From Candidatus Tiddalikarchaeum anstoanum (lineage in GTDB: Archaea; Nanobdellota; Nanobdellia; Tiddalikarchaeales; Tiddalikarchaeaceae), in contig CABMEV010000004.1 of the NCBI GenBank assembly GCA_902385255.1, forward strand, positions 34,590 to 98,589: a DNA stretch of 64,000 bases, in the 5' to 3' direction. The first letter of the stretch is position 1. The number at the start of each line of letters is the position of its first letter. The notes below the pieces were generated by a model that was given only the letters and a program-made list of their open reading frames with translations, was not told the DNA's origin and made no database searches. Shown here in pieces: positions 57,907 to 64,000 of the stretch. Position numbers and translations under genes: made by a program.

Positions 57907-58671
57907 TTATTTCAAGAACTTCTTCGCGTTTTCCTCATAAATCTTCTTGTTAAATGGTATTGTTTCACTCATTGACTTAAAATAAACATCGTACCAGTTT
58001 TTACCCATATTAAACGAGTAATCAGTCTCGAAACACAAATTATCCTCCAAACCAAGGCTTAACGCATTAGTCACGTACTCAAGAGGAGTCATCACACAAT
58101 AAGTGGGCTCGGATATTCCAAGCAATATATTGCCTTCAGCAATTAAACCGGCCAGTTTGGACGCGTTGCTGCCGCCATACTTAATCGAATTATTTAACGC
58201 ACTAGCGCCATGAGCCAAGTAAAAATTGACACCTCTTTTGGAATACTCATTAAGAACCCTTAAACTCTCCTCGCTTAAATTGCTGGTGTGAAATTGGAAT
58301 TTGTTAAAACCCAAACTAAGACACTTATCCACTTTCTCAATGACTAAGTCAAGATTGGACAAAGGGTCGCCTATATGGTAATGGAACTTGATGAAGTCAA
58401 AATTAGAATCCGCCTTGCCTAACTGCTCCTCAACATTATCATACAGCATCAGATACAAACCTGAAACTAAACCAGGAAAGATTTTCTTAACCTCTTTAGA
58501 TAGTCCGGGATTAAAATAGGCGAATATGCCATAAATGGAACTAACACCATACTCCTTAACAATAGGGAGAAGACGATTAAAATAGCTTAAAACTTTGTTA
58601 TTATTCCAATTCAGTTCCTGGAAATCCTCATCATCTGAGCCAAAACTGAAATGAAAATGGGAATCGATCAC
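57907..58671 (-). CDS. metal-dependent TIM-barrel hydrolase (amidohydrolase/TatD-like), paralogue of 12044..12820
   Basis: An N-terminal DSHFHFS metal motif is present. The C-terminal half is paralogous to the 12044 ORF. Confidence 0.55.
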   Translation of the reverse strand: MIDSHFHFSFGSDDEDFQELNWNNNKVLSYFNRLLPIVKEYGVSSIYGIFAYFNPGLSKEVKKIFPGLVSGLYLMLYDNVEEQLGKADSNFDFIKFHYHIGDPLSNLDLVIEKVDKCLSLGFNKFQFHTSNLSEESLRVLNEYSKRGVNFYLAHGASALNNSIKYGGSNASKLAGLIAEGNILLGISEPTYCVMTPLEYVTNALSLGLEDNLCFETDYSFNMGKNWYDVYFKSMSETIPFNKKIYEENAKKFLK

Positions 58672-59031
58672 GGATTAATTGTTCAACGTTCCCGTTTATA
58701 AGAATTACTATTCGCTACTAGGATTATATGGGTTTTAATATCTGAATTTAAAAGAATTCTTAATTCTTATTCCTGTAAGTTATTATTATTCCATTCTTAG
58801 TGAATTCGCTTCTTAAAATCTCATACATTGAAAATAGATTATTAACTATGTCCCTGCTGGTGTTAACCGGAATAGACATTGTGAAAACCCGTCCATTCGG
58901 AGCATAAACACCCAGCGCATCAGCGATATCCTGATTATTCATAAAATAACTTAAGAAAATACTTAATATAAAAATCTGATGTTATTATAATAACAAAAAA
59001 CTTACTAAAAGTTATTTTTAACTAACTCATA

Positions 59032-59355
59032 ATGTTTTTAAATTCATATTCTTCTAAGCCTTCTAAAATGATGAGGCACGCGAATGCTACAATTACTATA
59101 GGGAGCTCTGAGACAAACCTTGGCAGCCTTGTTTTAACTTATACGAAGTTCGCACCAAGCTCCATCCGAGGAAGCCTTGGAATGCGAAGCGGACAAGGGG
59201 AAGTGCTGTTAAACAATAATCATATAGGCAAAATAGGCAATTTAATACTCCTTAACAACAGGCACTTAATATTCCATAACTCATTAAAACATGCAGGCAA
59301 AGAAACAATAATAGACTTAGACCATAATTTAGTGTATGCATTGCTGGAAAAATAG
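59032..59355 (+). CDS. hypothetical protein
   Basis: An ORF with no recognisable motif. Confidence 0.3.
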   Translation: MFLNSYSSKPSKMMRHANATITIGSSETNLGSLVLTYTKFAPSSIRGSLGMRSGQGEVLLNNNHIGKIGNLILLNNRHLIFHNSLKHAGKETIIDLDHNLVYALLEK

Positions 59356-59397
59356 GATACATTAATAACTATTCAACTATTAACTCTAAATTTAGTG

Positions 59398-59724
59398 ATG
59401 AGTAAATTTTTTTTAATAATCAGCATATTAGTATTAATCTCTGGATGCACCGCACAAAAATGCGGCATTGAGAACTGCCACGGCTTAGACATTACCTGCG
59501 GGCCGAACATTCCGGAAGTATGCACAACACTTTACTAATTAGGGGATTTCTGCAGAGCTTACGCGTCATGCTCGGCGGCAAGCGGCGCATGCGCACTAGA
59601 ATCAAGCAGTCAATTCACAATATGCAAGGACTGCATAACACGATGCATGCAGATAAATAATACAATGGCATCCTTCGACTGCGAAAATACATGCAGGACA
59701 ATGATAGAAAATCATACGCAGTAG
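59398..59724 (+). pseudogene. Cys-rich secreted lipoprotein gene interrupted by one in-frame TAA (59536..59538)
   Basis: The continuous 108-codon frame is MSKFFLIISILVLISGC...TTLY*LGDFCRAYASCSAASGACALESS...CRTMIENHTQ. It has a lipobox signal peptide and 13 Cys. Only the TAA breaks it. Confidence 0.4.
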
Positions 59725-59805
59725 GAATTACTAAGTAGAAAAATAAGATAAGAAGACTTAATGGAATATTAAAAAAAATAAAACGGAAAATAAATTTTTT
59801 TCTTT

Positions 59806-60123
59806 CTACTTGTACTGGTCTTTCCACATCATCATGCCGTGGAAATGGTGAGCCTTCTTTCCAGCCTTAAATCCCATCATCAAAGCCATAACGATGGCAA
59901 GCTTGAACGCAGTATACCATGATATGGCTCCTGCTATTGACCCACTCTGCACTAATCCAGGGAATATGTCCGGCACTATCCAATTCCATAATAGGTTGAT
60001 AAGCACAAAACACACAACAAACGCTATTGCTGCAATTATTAACCCCTTGATTATGCATGAACCGTCACATTTGTAAGAACTTTCTTTAGATTTTGCACTT
60101 TCTCTTGGCATAGGATTATACAA
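59806..60123 (-). CDS. membrane protein
   Basis: Two TM helices. Confidence 0.4.
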   Translation of the reverse strand: MYNPMPRESAKSKESSYKCDGSCIIKGLIIAAIAFVVCFVLINLLWNWIVPDIFPGLVQSGSIAGAISWYTAFKLAIVMALMMGFKAGKKAHHFHGMMMWKDQYK

Positions 60124-60189
60124 GAAGCCGGTATCTTAAATACGTTTTGAAAAACTTTTTAAAACTATGACTTTTTTAGAAAAAAAAAT

Positions 60190-60672
60190 ATGACAAACAA
60201 AGAAGAAGCTGAATGTTGTCCGAAACTTGACACCAAGAAGTGGGATAATAAGAAAATAGTCTGGAAAAACAAATTGTTCATCCAGGATACAGCAGTGCAG
60301 CTGTTTCACATGCCTTTGAACTTCGGACCCGTAGTTGCCCGCATGTTCGCAAAGCTTACGAAAGCAGGGGCGGACCCGAAACCTGAAGATTTCTTGCTAT
60401 TATCATACGACCCTTCACCATGGAAGGCAGAAATTTATATGAATGCAACGAAGAACGTACCTGGTGCGGCAAACGTGCGCTTGTCAGGAACTTTCCTTAC
60501 TAAAGTATTCGACGGCCCTTACAACGTGGTTCCGGAATGGATAAAGAAGATGGACGAGTACGTCAAGGACAAGAAAGAAACAGTCAAAAAGTACTATTTA
60601 TACTTCACAACGTGCCCAAAATGCGCAAAGAAATACGGACATAATTACGCAATAGTATTCGCCCAGATTTAA
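60190..60672 (+). CDS. hypothetical protein
   Basis: A 160-aa ORF. Cys pairs (CC near the N-terminus, CPKC near the C-terminus) hint at metal binding. Confidence 0.45.
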   Translation: MTNKEEAECCPKLDTKKWDNKKIVWKNKLFIQDTAVQLFHMPLNFGPVVARMFAKLTKAGADPKPEDFLLLSYDPSPWKAEIYMNATKNVPGAANVRLSGTFLTKVFDGPYNVVPEWIKKMDEYVKDKKETVKKYYLYFTTCPKCAKKYGHNYAIVFAQI

Positions 60673-60759
60673 GAATGCCAAGCAACATCAAATTTGAACT
60701 GAAAGTTCCGGAACTAGATATAGGAATCATTTTAAATATACTTAGATTAATCCTTATTC

Positions 60760-61221
60760 TTGATGAAAGCTTATCTTGCCGGGCCATGGGGATTTGATTC
60801 TGCAGGCAAGAAGTACATGGATGAAGAAGTCATACCTAAACTTGGAAAGATTCAAAACCTGGAAATATTAAACCCATGGGAATTAACGCCAAAAGATGTA
60901 ATAAAAAATAATCCTGAGAAGACAGCGCTGAAAATAATATACAATAATAACATAAAAGCCATTAAAGAGTCCAACTTCATAATTGCAGTGCTTAACGGGC
61001 CGCAGGTTGACGACGGGACAGCATTCGAACTCGGGTACGCGGCGGCGCTTGGAAAGAAAATAATACCTTACAAGGATGACTGGAGAACCGCATGCAAGGA
61101 CGGCAAAGACAATGAGTTTAACTTAATGATTGATGTTCCAATACTAAAACCTGTAATCAAAGACGTCAATGAACTGGTGCGAAGGGTCACGGAATTCGTC
61201 AATTTGGAAAAGAAAAAATAA
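60760..61221 (+). CDS. nucleoside 2-deoxyribosyltransferase-like protein
   Basis: It carries the N-terminal YLAGP motif and the DDGTAFELGYAAALGKKII block typical of PF05014. Confidence 0.6.
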   Translation: MMKAYLAGPWGFDSAGKKYMDEEVIPKLGKIQNLEILNPWELTPKDVIKNNPEKTALKIIYNNNIKAIKESNFIIAVLNGPQVDDGTAFELGYAAALGKKIIPYKDDWRTACKDGKDNEFNLMIDVPILKPVIKDVNELVRRVTEFVNLEKKK

Positions 61222-61281
61222 ACCCTTATTTTTCTAATATTTAAACATGTTTTCTTTTTTTAACTAAATATATAAGTAATT

Positions 61282-61533
61282 ATGACCTACGTAAAATGTA
61301 TGGCTATTGATGTTTCTAAGGCAAAAAAGTTATGTATATGCAAAAATTGTCCGTCATACTTTGAATGCGGAGAAAAACTTGCATACTGTTTTCTAGGCAA
61401 AAGTAAATGCATCAAACAAGAAGTTGGATGCATATGCCCGGGCTGCCCTGTTGAAAAAGAGATTAACTCAACCAAGGAGTACTACTGCACAAGAGGCAGC
61501 AACAAGGAATTAAGCGGAGGCGTTAAAAAATGA
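61282..61533 (+). CDS. small Cys-rich protein (DUF2769-like pattern)
   Basis: The stretch CICKNCPSYFECGEKLAYCFLGKSKCIKQEVGCICPGCPV is Cys-rich. The gene overlaps the downstream gene by ATGA. Confidence 0.45.
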   Translation: MTYVKCMAIDVSKAKKLCICKNCPSYFECGEKLAYCFLGKSKCIKQEVGCICPGCPVEKEINSTKEYYCTRGSNKELSGGVKK

Positions 61534-63170
61534 AAAATAATAAGTGGGATTATAAAGCTGACATAGTTGTTGTAGGAAGCGGCGCTGCAGCGTACAGTGC
61601 TGCAATCACAGCCAAGTCAAAAAAAGCAGACGTGATAATGATAGAGAAAGGAGTAATGGCAGGAGGAACAACCCTCAGGTCAGGCGGAGGATTCTGGACT
61701 CCTAACAACAGGTTCCAGAAAGAGAAAAAAATAGTCGACCTGAAAGAAGATGCAGTAAGATACATGGCGAGGTACTCATACCCGCAGTTATACAACCCTG
61801 AAGACAAGATGCTCGGGCTACCTGAAAACGAATACAAACTAATCACTACGTATTATGACAATGCATCCAAGATGGCGGATTTCATGATAGACCTTGGAGC
61901 GTTGAAGATAATCCAGGAAATTAACTGGACAGGAAAACCGCAAGTGGACTACATGGACCACCTCCCTGAGAATAAAGGAGTAAGAGGAAGAGTATTATAC
62001 TCAATGGGTGCTGACGGAAAATTAGCCTACGGCGGCGAATTCATAAGACAGTTGAAATCATGGGCTGATGGCCACAAAATACCACTATACCTTAATCACA
62101 GGGTAACAAAGATATTAAAAAATGATAAAGGGGAAGTAATCGGACTTGAAGCATTAAAAGGAAAAAAGACAGTCAGGATTCAGGCAAAGAAGGCAGTGAT
62201 ATTCGGAACTGGAGGTTACACGCATAACAAGGAATTAATGCTTCACTTCCAGAGAGGTCCTCACTTTGGAGGATGCGCAGCGCCGACTAATACAGGAGAC
62301 TTCGTATTAATGGCCGAAGAGATAGGCGCGAAATTAGGAAACATGGCAGGGGCTTTCAGAGCTCAGATAGTATTAGAAGAGGTGTTAAGCGACCCAAACG
62401 GTGTTCACAATATATTCTACGTAATGGGAGACAGCATATTAGAAGTTAACAAATATGGAAAAAGAATAGTTGATGAGAAGAGAAACTACAGCGACAGAAC
62501 AATGGTGCACTTCTTGTGGGATCCTCAAAAGGCAGAGTGGACTAATATGCTGGTATTCATGGTATATGATGAACGAACAGCCATGCTGTGGCAGGGATTC
62601 CCTCCTCTTCCTGTGAAAGGAACATTAGCGCCGTACATTATAGACGGAAAAACGCTTGATGAATTAGCGGATAATATTAAAGACAGGCTGAAACAATTAG
62701 CTCCGAAGATTGGTGGATTCAACATAGATGAAAGTTTCGCTGAAAACTTTAAGAAAACAGTTGCGGCTTTTAATGACTATGCAAAAGAGGGAGTCGACGC
62801 AGAATTCCACAGGGGAGAATACGCTTATGACAGGGAGTGGACTACGTTCCCTCCAACAATACCTGGTGCTGAGTGGCCGCCTAAAGACACGAAGAATTAC
62901 ACTATGTACCCGTTAAGCAGCGAAGGGCCTTACCACGCAGTAATACTCGGCGCCGGAACGTTAGATACTAACGGGGGGCCTGTGATTAACCCTAAAGCGC
63001 AGGTATTAGACACTAAAGATGCGCCAATACCCGGACTTTACGGGGCTGGAGACTGCATAGCTTCACCAACTGCGAATGCGTACTGGGGCGCAGGAAGCAC
63101 TATTGGGCCAGCTCTCACATACGGGCATATTGCAGCATTAAATGCAGTAAAGGAGAAGCCAAAAAAATAA
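61530..63170 (+). CDS. FAD-binding dehydrogenase (KstD / fumarate-reductase-flavoprotein-like, FAD_binding_2)
   Basis: An N-terminal DIVVVGSGAAAYSAA...EKG..AGGTTLRSGGGFW motif and a C-terminal GLYGAGDC are present. Confidence 0.7.
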   Translation: MKNNKWDYKADIVVVGSGAAAYSAAITAKSKKADVIMIEKGVMAGGTTLRSGGGFWTPNNRFQKEKKIVDLKEDAVRYMARYSYPQLYNPEDKMLGLPENEYKLITTYYDNASKMADFMIDLGALKIIQEINWTGKPQVDYMDHLPENKGVRGRVLYSMGADGKLAYGGEFIRQLKSWADGHKIPLYLNHRVTKILKNDKGEVIGLEALKGKKTVRIQAKKAVIFGTGGYTHNKELMLHFQRGPHFGGCAAPTNTGDFVLMAEEIGAKLGNMAGAFRAQIVLEEVLSDPNGVHNIFYVMGDSILEVNKYGKRIVDEKRNYSDRTMVHFLWDPQKAEWTNMLVFMVYDERTAMLWQGFPPLPVKGTLAPYIIDGKTLDELADNIKDRLKQLAPKIGGFNIDESFAENFKKTVAAFNDYAKEGVDAEFHRGEYAYDREWTTFPPTIPGAEWPPKDTKNYTMYPLSSEGPYHAVILGAGTLDTNGGPVINPKAQVLDTKDAPIPGLYGAGDCIASPTANAYWGAGSTIGPALTYGHIAALNAVKEKPKK

Positions 63171-63246
63171 CTCTTTTTTTTATTTTTTTTAAATTAATGA
63201 CGGAAAGAGAATCTTTAAATAAACATTTTTTTCTAACTTTCATTTA

Positions 63247-63924
63247 ATGAACAGTTTGCTAAACAACAATATCATAGCGCAGTTCTTGTCAACTTATTTT
63301 AAAATAGAAGGGTCAAACACCAGCAGTTACTTAAAGGAGTCATTTAAAAAAAACATTTTCGAGCCATATTTTAGAAAAATTGGTGTGAATATGGAAAGCC
63401 TGATTAAGGAGCTTCCGCTTGAGTCGGAGAACATAGAAGCTATTATGATAAAAAGTTCTGTAATGGAAGAGATGAAAAAAGAGTTTGCTTATCCTGTTGA
63501 AAGAATAGGGTTCTTATACGGAAAGTATTACACAGATAAAAAACAATTAAGAATATATGATTTGGTGAATGCTGAAGAATTAAAGAACTTATTCGGAAAA
63601 GAAATACTGCATATGGAGAAAGAAGGTTGCCAAGTCATAGATGACTTATATGAAGTGAGGTTAACACTCGCAAGAGAAGCTGGAAAGAAGGGAAAAGGCT
63701 TAGTTGGTGTCTATCACACGCATAAATCCGAACTGGGTCATACTAAAGGTGCGAATACGAAAGACTGCCTGCAAAAAGAATTCATAGGCATGATGGGGTT
63801 CGTACTATACTATGACAGTCAATTGCATGTATTTCCCTACAGGAGCATAGACGGATTTTACAGGACTGATGAAGATATTGAAAAACACTATAAAGAAGCG
63901 GAAAAAATAATAAAAGAGTTCTAA
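63247..63924 (+). CDS. hypothetical protein
   Basis: An ORF with no recognisable motif. Confidence 0.4.
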   Translation: MNSLLNNNIIAQFLSTYFKIEGSNTSSYLKESFKKNIFEPYFRKIGVNMESLIKELPLESENIEAIMIKSSVMEEMKKEFAYPVERIGFLYGKYYTDKKQLRIYDLVNAEELKNLFGKEILHMEKEGCQVIDDLYEVRLTLAREAGKKGKGLVGVYHTHKSELGHTKGANTKDCLQKEFIGMMGFVLYYDSQLHVFPYRSIDGFYRTDEDIEKHYKEAEKIIKEF

Positions 63925-64000
63925 AACTCAAACTATAATTTTATAAAAAACAGTCCCGTCTTACTAAGATTATGAAGAATATAATAATTAGCATAATAAT

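Noticed and set aside
1-64000. A search for rRNA genes, transposases or integrases, restriction-modification systems, toxin-antitoxin pairs, and known defence hallmarks (Cas, Argonaute, SIR2/TIR, CBASS cyclase, reverse transcriptase).
   Set aside because: None were recognised by motif inspection of the ORF translations. The window's mobile-element suspicion rests on repeats and wHTH genes only. The Fic protein is the only toxin-like domain seen, and no antitoxin partner is evident.

Overview
This window looks like a chromosomal segment of an AT-rich, small-genome archaeon. Archaeal markers include deoxyhypusine synthase, a FlaI-type secretion ATPase, an archaeal-type DtdA-like deacylase, TATA boxes about 25-30 bp ahead of start codons, and no bacterial hallmarks. 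The sparse metabolism, many short proteins and salvage enzymes (HPRT, nucleoside deoxyribosyltransferase) suggest a DPANN-type archaeon, but that is inference. Coding is dense on both strands, and many neighbouring genes overlap by 4 nt (ATGA), which points to translational coupling.

Recognisable genes include two tRNAs (Thr-CGU, Phe-GAA), HisRS, ArgRS, a Nop2/Sun methylase, a PIF1-like helicase, a Fic AMPylase, a thioredoxin and Trx-CcdA fusion, and a lactate/glycolate-oxidase-like trio (CCG protein, FAD oxidase, ferredoxin). There are also an AAA+ ATPase, a MinD-like ATPase, a FlaI/VirB11-like ATPase with a pilin-like gene, acylphosphatase, a minimal Ogt, HPRT, a tandem Lrp/AsnC regulator, two MBL-fold hydrolases, a radical SAM protein, a GGR-like flavoprotein and a KstD-like FAD dehydrogenase.

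The most unusual part is 37.1-40.9 kb, which is gene-poor, very AT-rich and full of short repeats. It carries at least 12 copies of CCCTCACTTTTG(A/G)AAAA and related words, ~10-bp periodic TGTGTTGGA iteron-like arrays, and four copies of a 22-bp box that contains an ATG. These sit around two small wHTH proteins and next to an alpha3-truncated histone-fold gene. I read this as a candidate replication origin or an integrated plasmid/virus-like replicon remnant.

Other leads are a 12-bp perfect stem in a 486-bp intergenic gap, a Cys-rich lipoprotein gene with an in-frame TAA, a Sun methylase next to a split PUA-like gene, recurrent K/E-rich tails, and paralogue pairs.
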